Shown: one piece after another, positions 25,641 to 38,410 of the stretch
Layout of the letters: each line of letters starts with the position of its first letter
How positions within the stretch are numbered: the stretch's first letter is position 1
Program-made: the position numbers and the translations under genes
Origin: Octopus vulgaris
Lineage: Eukaryota
DNA: 64,000 nt
Assembly: GCA_951406725.2 (NCBI GenBank)
Contig: OX597817.1
Location: 108,314,001-108,378,000 of the forward strand
Direction of reading: 5' to 3'
The notes under the pieces: model-generated
Databases searched by the model: none
Told to the model about the DNA's origin: nothing
What the model saw: only the letters and a program-made list of their open reading frames with translations

Positions 25641-26049
25641 CACTGGCAAAGTTTTGGTCGGCCCAGAGATATTGCAGAAGACACTTGGTCAAGGTCTCTC
25701 ACAGCCACGCTCTAAGTTAAATGTCTTACAATACAAAGTACAGATCGGTGAATAGTTAAAAAAAAGCCTTAAAATAAATGTATTGTGAAGTAGAGAGTAA
25801 TAAACTGTCAGAAACAGTAGAGCATTAAAGTAAATGTTTTATGAAGTATAGAACAGCAAATTATTACAAATAGTAAAGCTCTAATCTCTATGCTTTACAA
25901 AGTATACAGCTCTAGCTAATGAAATAAATTCGGATACAGCACCAGATTCGATTTGATTAACAATATATAGGTATAAAAAAGAATTTAGTGCTCGCTTAAA
26001 GAATTATTACCTACAAGATTACAGTAGTAATTGCATTTTGTCTACATAA

Positions 26050-26255
26050 AATATGGGAACGTATTCAAGCCACCTACTGGAAACAATAACTAAATCTCCG
26101 CTTAATTTAGAAGCCTATTATCTTAAAAAAAGTAAAGAGGTGTATGCTGAATAGTGTAGCCCTATGTACACTATATCCAAATAAATTACATGATGTCACA
26201 ACAGGAATTTATCATACATCTGCTCAGTCAAGCTTGCCCAAAGCTGAACAATGAA
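26050..26255 (+). repeat. Old dispersed repeat with (AAC)n tail (copies at ~32270-32430 -, ~32885-33120 +, ~34605-34850 +, ~52868-52990 -, ~53320-53490 -, ~53675-53835 +)
   Basis: Shared tagcagccaaat.tc.ctcaaat..gataatgtagtcct..gctggaa..gatctgctc..gggctaaacaac pattern. Confidence 0.6.
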
Positions 26256-26811
26256 GAAATTTACACAAATATGGTCCGTTGTAAGATTTTGTTTCCCAGC
26301 TGAAGCCATTTCACCTTACTTTAGTTATGTGAATATGCCTTAGTGGGAACCAAATTACCTGTATTTCTCCTGAAATATGAACATTTTAAGCATTTCTGGT
26401 GAGTGCCGTAATCCTCATACTTTCAGTTCCATGTTAATAGCCATATCTTTCATATTTCTAGACAAGGCATGAACGCCACAATATATCACTCCCCATATTT
26501 AAGAAACCAACACTTCATCTGTCCTTTAACACTTATTTTTCATAGAAACGCAGTAAGAATGAAGTATCTAAAGTATTCTACAGTGATTATAGACAGTTTA
26601 GAAAGTTCTTGAGTTTTACAAGAAACTTGATTTGATACAATTACAGGTTTGTTGATTTACTGTATTTCTTCGTTGTCGGTTCAAATGTAACTACTCAATT
26701 TTATTTTCTCTCCGGTGACGATTAAATTATTACCAGCAAAGCTGCTTACTATTACTCTTCTCTGCAATAATTTCATTGCGTTTAGTGGAAATATATTAAT
26801 ATTTAGAATAA

Positions 26812-27020
26812 CTAAGGCAACGAACTGATAGTATCGTTAGCATGCCGGTCAAAATGCTTAGCGGCATTTCGTCCGTCTTTACGTACTGAATTCAAATTCC
26901 TCCGAGGTCGATTTTACTTTTCATTCTTTCGGGGCTGATAAAATAAGTACCAGTTGAACACTGGGGTCAACTCATGCCCTTCCCAGAAATTGCTGGCCTT
27001 GTGCCAAAATTTGAAATCAA
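26812..27020 (+). mobile_element. SINE family B monomer (others at ~326-383, 21255-21460, 28613-28757, 37300-37505, 38200-38403, 41351-41570, 41922-42137, 45905-46295, 50597-50790)
   Basis: taaggc..gctggcagaatcgttagc..gagttcaaattccgccgaggtcgactttgcctttcatcctttcggggtcgataaaataagtaccag..gccttgtgcc. The central block resembles the conserved Meta-type SINE domain (from memory). Confidence 0.9.
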
Positions 27021-27825
27021 TATTTAGAATAACGGCAACCTAGTACAAATCTACAAGATGTCATTCCTAATTTAGTTTGATAGTCTCCAAACTGTAACAG
27101 TCTGCATTGCAGCCTAGTTACCTACCCATATTCATTGTTCGAGAAATGGTTATTCTAGATGATTTGTGTTCTCTCAGCAGTCGAGCAGTCGTTTGCCCGC
27201 GAGTGAGTTGAAATTTAGATTGATTGTGTTCAAACTTGCCGTTTATTCTCCGTTGTTAATCAAATCCTGCTTGGTCGGTCAATCATTGCGGAATTAATTT
27301 AAGATCAGATGTATAGGATCTACTTGGCCTGCACAGATGGTATGCTTGGGGGTGGGTGGGTGATTAGTGCCGCTAATATTTAGCCTGGGCTGATTTAAGG
27401 CGACAAAATTGACTGAGACGGCACAACATCAAACTTATACTTTATGAAATCAATTCTGATTTTCAATGCTTTGATTTCAAATTCCATCAGGTATAACTTT
27501 TTAGCAAAGAAATATATATTAGCTTAGTTAGTGGTAAGTTTGGTTTAATCGATTGCCTTGCAAAAATAGTGAAACGAAATCAAAATTTTTCAAGAACATG
27601 AAGTTGATCAGTATGAGAGGTATGGAAGAAGAAAAAAAAATTGATGCAATTGTTAAAATAGGGAGGACTCATTCACATTAGTGTGAAATCATACTATGTA
27701 TAATATCTCTGCTTTTTCTATCAATGCAGTTCTGTTTCGAAATTGTTGCATACTCGGATCCCTATTCAAACTCAATTTCTGTATATGACCTCTTATTATG
27801 AGCTATAGTATGCTTCTTTTAGTGA

Positions 27826-28035
27826 AGGTGCATGTCCTAATGGTGAGGTTGTTTTGCTCAAAATCAAAAGTCGTGGGTTTGATTCCTCGACCTGGTGTCG
27901 CATTTGTATACTTGATCAAGGGATTTCACTTCATGTTGCTCCAGTCAGATTAGCTGCAAATGTGTTGCAACCGAGTGCTGGTGTAGCCATCACTCATTTC
28001 AATTGTCATGTCCTAGATGTTCTGCTGGATCAAGG
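27826..28035 (+). mobile_element. CORE-like tRNA SINE, decayed
   Basis: A/B boxes (taatggtgagg; ggtttgattcc). Body similar to 62011-62330. Confidence 0.6.
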
Positions 28036-28773
28036 TTAAGAGGCCCGAGAGGGTGTCTATATCTACTCACCAATACTTAGGCACCTAAAGCAATTAAAAA
28101 AAGCATAGTACATAATATATAAAGTAATACTTGTTTGCGAATGACGACTGGCTATGGCTGTACACCAAATATACCAAAAACCGTTGCCTTTCTGAATGAC
28201 TTCCATTTTATGCATACTCATAAAAGAAATTATAACAAGAACTAGAAAGCACCCGAAGAACTTTCAAAATCAAAATGATATAAATGACCATTTCCATTGC
28301 ATTTTTACTTGATGTCATTTCATTGTCTTCGACTTCTTTTTGTAACATGAAATAAAAACCATTTTCTTTGAGATAGTTTGAACTAGCTGAAATGTTTTCT
28401 CAAACTTACAGAAGTAAACCTTTTTGAAGTAATGTCAAGAAACGTGTATCTTCTGTAAGTTCGTTATCCAGGGAAATGCATTGCATGAATGATCCCTTAA
28501 TTGAAACATTGTTTTCCTAGGATCCCGTTGTTCTTGATTACAGAAGCAATCATTTAAAGAACTGATTATAAAGTTGTAATGGTAACTGTCAGGTTGCAAA
28601 CACCGAACTAAGTATTGGTTTCAAATTTTGGCATAAAGCCAGCAATTTCGGGGGAAGGGGAATAAATCGATTACATCGACCCCAGTGCACAATTGGTACT
28701 TATTTTATCGACGCCGAAAGATGAAGGGTAAAATCGATCTCGGCGGCATTTGAACTTAACACCCTACTAAGTA

Positions 28774-29636
28774 CGTGGTTTGATCAATAAGTACCTCGAC
28801 TGTTGCCATAGTAACGAAGCTAAAGCACGCGAAGTAAATTGGCTTGATTGATTTGAACTCTGCTATGCATGCACACCAAATTTTAACATTTCGCTGTTTA
28901 CAGCAGTGTTTCGAAGGAAGGTGTGTAGCATTGACTATTTCAGAGAAAGTTGAGCAGAGAATCTGCATGAAATTTTACCAAAAGCTTGGTGATACCTGCT
29001 CAGAGGGCTATGCAAAGAGTTGAAAAAGTTTTACCGTTCTCGACACAATCAAAGAGATATTGTGTAACTGAAAGCCATGTGTCTTTTTGGTCAGCTGAAA
29101 GCAGTTTTGGCACAAACTTGGCAGACACGCGTCTCATATCCAAATCTCCAGTGATAATGGACTGAACTGAACCGTAACTAATCTGCACATCGTCTGATAA
29201 CTCACGGATGGTGATTCGACGATTTCCTTTCACAGTTGCACGCACATCGGCGATATTTTCCTCATTTCTTCTGGTTGCAGGTCTCCCAGAACGTTCGTCA
29301 ATATCGACATTTTTTCGGACATCTTGGAAACGTCTGAACCACTCGTTCACTTGTGTGAAGCTCATATACTCCTTTCCATACACTTTCTGCAGCTTTGGGT
29401 AGGCCTCTGAGCAGGTATCGTCATGACAACTTTCTCTGTCATGATCAATGCGACGATATCACGCTACATACCTTCCTTCGAAGCACTGCTGTAAACAGCG
29501 GAAATAAGCTAGTACGTTTAAACTTAGTGCGCATGCACATCAGAGTTCAAGGTAAATATGTATCAAGCAGCTTCACTCTGCGTGCTTTAGCTTCGTTACT
29601 ATGGCAACAGCCTGGACACTTATTGTGCAGACCTCG
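28774..29636. mobile_element. Mariner derivative made of two inverted 5' halves
   Basis: TA-flanked. ORF 29000-29383 is a mariner HTH region (YG..MS..QV.EWFRRF..RSGRP..NRRITIRELS..RRVSAKFVPKLL). 28774-29020 is the reverse complement of ~29385-29636. Confidence 0.9.
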
Positions 29637-30159
29637 TATTAATTCAGCTATGTTGCAGATCCTGTTGTTACCATATACATTTTTTCTAATTGCATATTCT
29701 ATATTGTCATCGAATTAAACCTACAAAGGAACGAGTAAGATGGAGCACAAACTCCCCCATTAATTTTTACATTTGTTGAATGATTGAGCACTTTTGAATG
29801 GGAAAGAATTAAAGAGTAATGCCAAGGAACTGGAAGGATAAAAGAGTTTATTGATTAAATGTTACCTCATTTGTCAGAACAAATATAAAATGACATCAGT
29901 TGTTCCTGTTTTCTGCACTCCAATTCATATTCGGAATAGAGCAGGTACAACCCAATTGTTTTTAGTGAATATTTTTAAAGAGGTAATACAACTGATAGTG
30001 AAACCTTCACTCAACCACACGGTACAAAAATTAGCTTACCGACGCACTGGGTTCACTCTCCTTTCTATGCATCAGTTCTTCCATCCTTATTAGTCAGGGT
30101 AAAAATTGCAAAGATTATAGTATCTTTTATCTTTCTGAGAATGTTTTTAAAAATTTGTT

Positions 30160-30700
30160 CAGAATGGCTTTTGATGGTTGGAGGTAGAGATTGTTTCTAT
30201 GGACTTTGCTGTCTCTCCAAGCTTAACGAGATCGACGACGCGGTTAATGTCCATCGAGAACAGTTGCAAGAAGACCGTTTCCGGAAAAATGCGCAAGGAA
30301 TAAATCCCAGAGATTTGACGGTCTGCGAAGGAATGACAGGAAGGTGGGTGCACACAATATGGATGAAGAAGAAAGAGGAACGAGTTAGGAGTACTTGAGT
30401 GGGGGTGACACGGGTCTAGCTAGCTCAAGGAAGCAGAGGCCAGTGTTGTCGTGCAAGAAAACACAGAGAGGAGACATTTCACATATGTAACCCAGAGGTT
30501 GTACTTTGTAAATGACTTAAAACCAAACAGTTGGACGACCATTCTCTGGATTTTATCTAAGATATCTGTATGTGTAGAAGCTGCACCTTGAAAGAATAGT
30601 TCATTATAGTGTTCACCAGAGCTTTGCAAAAATCTAGCAGTCTTTGGAGGACGAAATAGTTTCTGGATCCGAAGAGGAATGTTAATCTTTTTGATGCAAT
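30160..30700 (-). mobile_element. CR1/Jockey-group LINE 3' fragment
   Basis: GAASTHTDILDKIQRMVVQL and downstream SF..RT..W..LP..VFP-like C-terminal motifs. Confidence 0.55.
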
Positions 30701-30709
30701 CTTTACTAC

Positions 30710-31072
30710 GTTTGTTTTTTAGTTGAGCTTAAAACGGCAGACTTTGATGTCGTGTTAACAAAGTTTTGACATAGTTTCAATCCTTTTTGAAAAGTAAAAA
30801 ATTTGCATTATGTAGCTTGTTATTCTCTTTAAGTGAACACTTTTCTGGTTGAAATACACCGAAAAATGGCGACACAGCAGTAAAATATTGGGATTTTCAT
30901 AGAAAAAAGCGCCTTTTTGATGTAAATAATTTTTGGTGTTAACATGATCCGATTTGAATTTTTTCTTCTACGGAATGGAGAGCAAGCCTTCTTCTATCAT
31001 ACTCTCAATTTTGGTCAACTTGCGCCGCAGGGTCTCGGAGGAGATAGTGTTAGTTGAAAGCTACCAAACCTG

Positions 31073-31126
<54 letters not shown>

Positions 31127-31147
31127 CTTCAGCTTTATATGTATAGA
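30710..31147 (-). mobile_element. Non-autonomous Helitron-like element, 5' part
   Basis: Minus strand starts A|TCTATACATATAAAGCTG then (TG)n, a typical Helitron-N 5' end. No 3' CTAG end was found. Confidence 0.5.
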
Positions 31148-31630
31148 TTTCAAAGATAGCTGGGTGTGATTCAACAGTGATTGGTTGGTATTTCTAGTAG
31201 GTCCAGTGACCACATGAAAGCCTTTGTATTTTTCGAGTCACCTAATTTCCGGTTTGATGGATGAGGCACAGCCAATTTTTTTTCTTTGATAAACAATATT
31301 ACTGGCAACTAGAGTTGTCTTTAATGAAGAATTAATTTAAATTACATTTGACAGGTGAAAACAGTTGTCTTCTAATCTGACTCAGTATGTGTCAAACGGA
31401 ATAATTTTTCATTTGCTCTCGTCTTTTTATAAGATGGAAAAGAAAATAATGTTTTAGGAAGTTACTGCTGTAATGTCTTTACCCACAGGTCTCTTTATTT
31501 AGAAAGTGTAGCAAATTAGCTCACATTTATCATAAGTTATTGGGTTAAAAAAGAAGCTTTATATATTATAATTTAAAAAAAAAGTATTTTACCGGTAAAA
31601 GATGTCAGAAATCAATATTAGCGTTAGAGG

Positions 31631-32229
31631 TAAGGCGGCGAGCTGGCAGAAATGTTAGCGCGTCGAGCGAGATGCTTAGCGGTATTTCGTCTGCCGTTAC
31701 GTTCTGAGTTCAAATTCCGTTGAGGTCGACTTTGCCTTTCATCCTTTCGGGGTCGATTAAATAAGTACCAGTTACGCATTGGGGTCGATGTAATCGACTT
31801 AATCCGTTTGTCAGTCCTTGTTGGTCCCCTCTATGTTTAGCCCCTTGTGGATAATAAAGAAATAGGTATTTCGTCTGTTTTTATGTTCTGAGTTCAAATT
31901 CCGCCGAGGTCGTCTTTGACTTTCATCCTTTTCGGGGTCGATAAATTAAGTACCAGTTACGAACTGGGGTAGATATAATCAACTGGCATCCTCCCACCCT
32001 AAATTTCGGGCCTTGTGCCTAGAGTAGAAAAGAATCATCAGCTCGCCGAGCAAAAGGCTTAGCGGAATTTCGTCCGTCTTTACGTTCTTGGTTCAAATGC
32101 TGCTGGAGTTGACTTTTCCCTTTCATTCTTTCAAGGTCGATACAATATATGCCAGTCTAACACTGGGGCCAATTTAATCGATATATCCCCTTTCCTGGAA
32201 CTGCTGGCCATGTGCCAAAATTTGAAACT
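31631..32229 (+). mobile_element. SINE family B triple composite
   Basis: Head, 184-bp unit, standard body/tail, then a head-clipped third copy. Outer TSD aatatta[gcg/act]ttagag at 31614-31629 and 32230-32245. Confidence 0.9.
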
Positions 32230-33550
32230 AATATTAACTTTAGAGCTCAATAATCAATATACTGTTATTTAATCTCTAGGTTAGTCCTGATCGAACAGAA
32301 TAATCAAAAGTAACTAATTCCATGACCATCCCATTTTTTCCAGGAATAGTGTAATCCGGAGTATATTATTCAGCGTGTCGTTTCTATTTCTGTGATTAAT
32401 AGTGTGCTATTTGAAAGAGATTTGGCTGCCATTTTAATGTTTACCTGTGGAATGGCAGATGATGGCAGAATCGGTAAATTGCCGAACAAAATACTTCGTA
32501 ATATTTAGTTATTTTGCATAGTGACTACGAATCGTGTCAATGTTGATTTTTATTTCATCTTTGCCGGGTTCACAAAATATGTCCCAGTTAGGTGCTGTGA
32601 CCCAGTTTATAATTCAGAGAAGGGAGAAAAAAGGTGGAGAGATCGAAACTATAGGACAGTTTCGGTATTTAGTCTCGAAATTCAAAGTTCATTAATCCCA
32701 GTTACAGGCTTCATAAAACAAGTATGAGCGATGCACTGAATCCTACCGTTTACGTTCCAAGTTCAAATCCACTGAGGTTAACACTTCACTCTCTTTGGGT
32801 TCCACGAAATGAATACCTGTCATGTACTAAAGTTAATCTAATCGACTTTACACTTTTTCCAAAATTTTTAGGTTTGTGCCAGCATAGCCTTTATGTCGTC
32901 ACTCGATCTGCCACAAATAGCAGCCGAATTTCGCTCAAATAATATACCCAAAGAGAAAAAAATAATACCTTGGATAATGTAATCTTAGATATATTATGAA
33001 ATAGAAACCATAGAAATAAGAAACGGGTAAACAGAGATGGGATACACTTAAGCATAGTCGAATACATTTAAGCTTATGTCAGTCGAAGCTGACATAAGCT
33101 AAGCAACATCTACATCAATGCCGATGTTTAACCTGCGGAAACGGCAAAATGCTTTTATAGTTTTTTTCTTTGTTTCGTTTGGTATTTTCAGAGTCTGAAT
33201 TCAAATCATATCTCGATCGATTGCGCTTTTCATCTGTTTGGAGAGATGAAATATGTACCAATAATAAATTGATTCAATCTCCTTCACAGTTCTACTTGCT
33301 CCTAAGTTAACTTATAATGCGTGGAGTGTTGCAGATCATGGTTTAATCATTTGACGATCAGAAATTGTGACAGAGTTTCGATTCTCGATTGAAGCCAGTT
33401 CTCTCTACATGTGTTGCTTATCCTTTTCCCTCTTATATCTAGCCTTAAGATATCCAATTTTAAATTTCAAATTATTTTGCGAGCCGTTAAGAGAATAGTA
33501 AGGGTGAGGCAAGTGGCTACGAAACTCCTCGGATTAATTGAAACAACAAA

Positions 33551-34530
33551 AGCAGTGAGCTAGCAGAAACGTTAGCACGCCGGGCGAAATGCTTAGCGGT
33601 ATTTCGTCTGCCGTTACGTTGTGAGTTCAAATTCCGCAGAGGTCGACTGTACCTTTCATCCTTTCGGGGTCGATAAATTAAGTACCAGTTACACACTGGG
33701 GTCGATGTAATCGACTTAATACCTATGTCTGTCCTTGTCTGTCCCCTCTATGTTTAGCCCCTTGTGGATAATAAAGAAATAGGTATTTCGTCTGTTTTTA
33801 TGTTCTGAGTTCAAATTCTGCCGAAGTCGACTTTGCCTTTCATCCTTTCGGGGTCGATAAATTAAGTACCAGTTACGCACTGGGGTCGATATAATCGACT
33901 TCATCCGTTTGTCTGTCTTTGTTTGTCCTCTCTGTGTGTAGTCCCTTGTGGGCAGTAAAGAAATAGATATTTCGTCTGCCGCTACATTCTGAGTTCAAAT
34001 TCCGCAGAGGTCGTCTTTGCCTTTCATCCTTTCGGGGTCGATAAAATAAGTACCAGTTACGCACTGGGGTCGATATAACCGACTTAATTCATTTGTCTGT
34101 CCTTGTTTGTCTCCTCTGTGTTTAGCCCCTTGTGGGTAGTAAAGAAATGGGTAATTCGTCTGTTTTTATGTTCTGAGTTCAAATTCCGCCGAAGTCGACT
34201 TTGCCTTTCATCCTTTCGGGGTCGATAAATTAAGTACCAGTTACGCACTGGGGTCGATGTAATCGACTTAATCTTTTTGTCTGTCCCTGCTTGTCCCCTC
34301 TATATTTAACCCCTTGTGGGCAATAAAGAAATAAGAATCATTAGCACGCAGGACAAAATACTGAGCGGCATTTCGTTCGTCTTTACGTTCTGAGTTCAAA
34401 TTCCCCTGAGGCCGACTTTACCTTTCATCCTTTCGGGTTCGATAATAAGTACCAGTTGAGCATCGGGGTCGATGTAATCGACTTACCCCTCCCACCAAAA
34501 ATGCTGATCTTGTGCCAAAATTTGAAATCA
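33551..34530 (+). repeat. SINE family B array: one head + four 184-bp tandem units + head-clipped standard copy
   Basis: Unit starts (gtatttcgtc or variant) at 33599, 33783, 33967 and 34151, an exact 184-bp period. Confidence 0.95.
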
Positions 34531-35157
34531 ATAATAGAAATGACAGCTATAAAAGGCACCAAAAACGTGTCATGTAATATTAAAACAAAATTATCTATTA
34601 CAGTTAAATTACCTATTAGAAATAGCTACTAAATCAGACCGCCTTACCTAAAAAAATATAGATCCACTTTGTATTATGTAGAATGCATTGCCTGGAACGA
34701 AATGGAATAGTCATTGCTGGAACGCTTCGACCATAGTTAGACATAGAGTCTTAAATATCTCTAAAAAAAAAAAAAACGGAAAGAACACGACGTTAGCATC
34801 TTTCGTCACTCATCAGTCAGGACTGACCAGGTGCTAAGCAGCAATAACAATAAAGATTTTTTTTCAATTAGCGATTTACAGAGTACGGAACTTCCTACAA
34901 CGAACTAATTTACTTTGATCTTAGTTTTCATTTAAGGTACATGACGGCATGAGCGTAAACCATATGTCTAAGTTGAAAATACTAATATCAATGCCCAATT
35001 ACTTTCTACAGATTTCACATTGGTGCAGATGTCATTCGTATCTTGGGCAATCATGCACACCGTCAATTTTGAGCAGCTCTTTATGTCGTTATCTCACCTT
35101 GCTCATTTGTATCATGCGTTCATGGTAATTTTTGTCGCCGACTAATCATCTTTATTA

Positions 35158-35730
35158 CGAGGGAAAGTAAAAAGTCAGCCGCACTTTCGCTAGGCTGGCC
35201 GCAATGTCTTCAGCGCCCGCGAGGAAAACATGTGGTACTCTTATGGTTACGTAACCGTGATCTGACCTCGGTCGTTCTAGTTTTATTTCTTACGTAGTCG
35301 CTTTGCTGGCACAGTGCGCCAAGGAAGAGTAGAAATCAGTGATCTAATTTCTCTGGTCTGAAGGTGTTTCAGGGGCTGAAATTCATCGCAATTTTTAAGT
35401 GCAATGTGAGGACAGCGCTCTACTGCTAGAAATGTGTATGAGTGGATCGAGAAGTTTAAAAATGGCAGGATGAGTGTGAAGCACGAAGAGGGAGCAGGAT
35501 TTTCATTAACCTTCACCACAAACGTGAAGATTCAACAAGCTCGAGAGATGGGTCCAGAGAATTGATGAGTGATCATCGATGAGGTGGCTTATTCTCTGCA
35601 GATAAGTCAAGGTTCTACATACGAAATCATCCACAGCAAGCTTGGCTTCCTTAATGTCTGTGCAAGATGGATATCCAAGAGCTCTTACCGAAGCGCATAA
35701 GTGCAATCGTGTAGAGATCTATCAACATTT
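35158..35730 (+). mobile_element. Mariner 5' half (TIR + HTH region), decayed
   Basis: TA|cgagggaaagtaaaaagt TIR. FLWSEGVSGAEIHR, VYEWIEKFKNGR and VCARWI motifs. Confidence 0.8.
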
Positions 35731-36519
35731 ACAACTTGTGTTTTGTATTGATTCTTATCAATTGTTACCTTTCTAGGATTTGGATAGATTGGAACTAATG
35801 AACAACTGATGCCATTTCTACTCTCCTTCCCTTAGTTTCAATACGAGGCATGCTTTGGCTGAACAGAACACCAAATGACGTTATATCTTTTCGCTAGACC
35901 ATGCAAATATTATTTACACAATACAGGAATGATTCAATTGGCTCCTACAAACAAGAACATTTAGACAGCTTACAAACAACATTTGTGTAAACCTAACTTT
36001 TATTAATGTTTCACATTGAAACTTATTAAATATCTCTGCATGGAATGCTGTACAAACACCTATCATATTTTTTTACTGTATGCATTCGAACTGAATTTAC
36101 AACACCTGTAAGATGACCTGTTGCTTAACTGCTTTGAATTCTGATGCCACAGACTGGAAGAATATATTTTCTTGGGTACGTAAAAAATATAGAAAATAAA
36201 GGAACACTAATTTATGTAATTTATTTTTATCTCTGGACGTGCCTTAATTTTAAAATTTCCTACAGTGAAAGAATTTTTTTTTAGTTTGATAATTTTCCCC
36301 AAGTACGTGAAATAAACACCAGAGATGCTTTGCCTCAATCGAAAACTGAAAGACCTACTTGTAGATATCGCAAGATTTTCTTCCTATAGTGACTAAAGCT
36401 ATTGCAATAATGGAAGCCCTTCCGTATTATCAGCATATGTCTCAGAGTCACTAGCGTTTCGTCCCTTAGCCTGTACGTTTCGTGGGAGTAGGACAATGAA
36501 GATTCAAACTTCGCGTGTA

Positions 36520-36920
36520 GAAGAGTGCTATCAACAATCTCTTACCAACTACAACCACCTTGAACTAGTTTTTTCATTTGCCCTGACTATCTCTGCGTAG
36601 TTTTCTCCAGTTATTCGGGTTCTAAAATCAATCTTCTGCAGGAAATAGTGCACTGATCTTACTGGGAAACCGTGACGGCCAACTTCAATAGGAAATGAGG
36701 TTGAGGTTCATCTTTTCATCAGCCAAGCTATGATATTTGGCCTACTCTGGTTTGAAAAAAAATGTTAACTCTCTACTCTCAGGGTACTAAGTTCAGCCCC
36801 GATGATTGTTTTTGTGCTCCTGCATAGCAGTCAGATGGTTAGAGCGATGTTACTGCTGTTTCTTCTGGAAAATAGAGTCTCTCCTTCAGATCCACTTGTA
36901 TCTCCCAGTCTGAGGCCTGA
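36520..36920 (-). mobile_element. Restriction-like endonuclease C-terminus of a HERO/NeSL-type non-LTR element
   Basis: ASDWEIQVDLKERLYFPEE..TSL, AELS/VP and FPIEVGRHGFPVRSVHYFL..ANEKTSSRWL, read across frameshifts. Confidence 0.65.
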
Positions 36921-37917
36921 GACAAAATAGAAAATGAGTCCCACACAGTTGCTTTTGCCTTAGGCATCTTATACTATTCCCTTATGAATCTGATACTTTT
37001 GGGTGTTGCTTGCCCAAGGTAACCCAAGTAAGATCGACCATGAAACCATGTTTATGAAGCAAACTTTTAAACCATATTACCTTTAAGGAAGATAGGAACG
37101 TTACAACTTTCATTTTCCCCTCTTCTAAAAACGTTAAGTTTGAATCGTTTGAAATATTACTTTAGAGTATTCTTTCCGAATCACTCCAAATTTATAGCTA
37201 AACTAACTTTAGAAACACACATATTTAAAAAGAGGAATAGAACTGCTTGGCGAAAGAGGAAGTTCAAGGTTTTCTCCGTAGAACTTACAAACAGTGATTT
37301 TTAACATAGGTACAAAATCCTCAAACTTAACGGAGTTATATAATCGATTATGTCGACTCCAGTGCTTGATTAGTATACTTCAATTTTATCGAACCTGGTT
37401 GGATGAACTGCAAAATTGACCTCGGCAGGATTCGAGCGCATAAATTAAAGATCCGGAGCTAATAACAAGACATTTTTTTGTCTGACACTCTAGCGATTCT
37501 ACCAACCAATATTCATTCAATCAGAATCGATTTATTTTCATGCTAAAGTATACTGATTGTGTAAGCTAATTAAAAGCTACGATTGATCTAAAAGATATGC
37601 TTGAAGAAGTATATATAAAAAGGAAAGGAATTCGATGAATCGGTCTGATGGATGTAGACAATAGATTGATACTAAGAGCGAATCACTTTGATGAAACTCG
37701 GAATAAAAGCGGTGTTAAATGATCTAAAGCTTTACATAATGTTGATCCTAAATTTGTACAGTACAAAGTAAGCAACATTATTATGAGCATTTGATATACA
37801 ATTAAGCATCAAATAATTACAAATACACCACGCGATAAAATTTTTTCTCGTCGTACGTTAAAGTTGGAAATCATTTATCACATACACACAAACATACGTA
37901 CGCGCGCACACACACAC

Positions 37918-37993
<76 letters not shown>

Positions 37994-38081
37994 AATCATA
38001 CAGATTAAATAAAGCGGGTATTACAACGAACTTATTCCTTTCATGAACTGATATTATATTATCGATAAAATTGGCAGATAC

Positions 38082-38170
<89 letters not shown>

Positions 38171-38190
38171 TAATAATAATAATAATGATA
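38082..38190. repeat. (AAT)n array continuous with the tail of the SINE at 38200-38403
   Basis: Seen directly. Confidence 0.95.
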
Positions 38191-38410
38191 ATCCTTTCTA
38201 TTATAGGCACAAGATCTGAAATTTGTGTGTGTGTGTGCGCGTGGGGGTGGTGGTGATAGTCGATTATATTTAGTACTTTTTTCATCAACCCTGAAAGGAT
38301 TAAAGGCAAGGTGGATCTTGACGGAACTTGAAATCAAAACGTGAAGACGGATGAAACTAACATTTCACCCGGCGTACTAACGATTCTGCTAGTTCGCCGC
38401 CTTATGCAAA

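Noticed and set aside
33599-34334. Regularly spaced repeats as a CRISPR-like array
   Set aside because: Whole 184-bp units are homologous with no unique spacers, there are no cas genes, and the units are SINE-derived.
37864-38337. Poly-Ile, poly-Tyr and HT-repeat ORFs (also at 45296-45587, 59990-60331, 62726-63058)
   Set aside because: Microsatellite translations.
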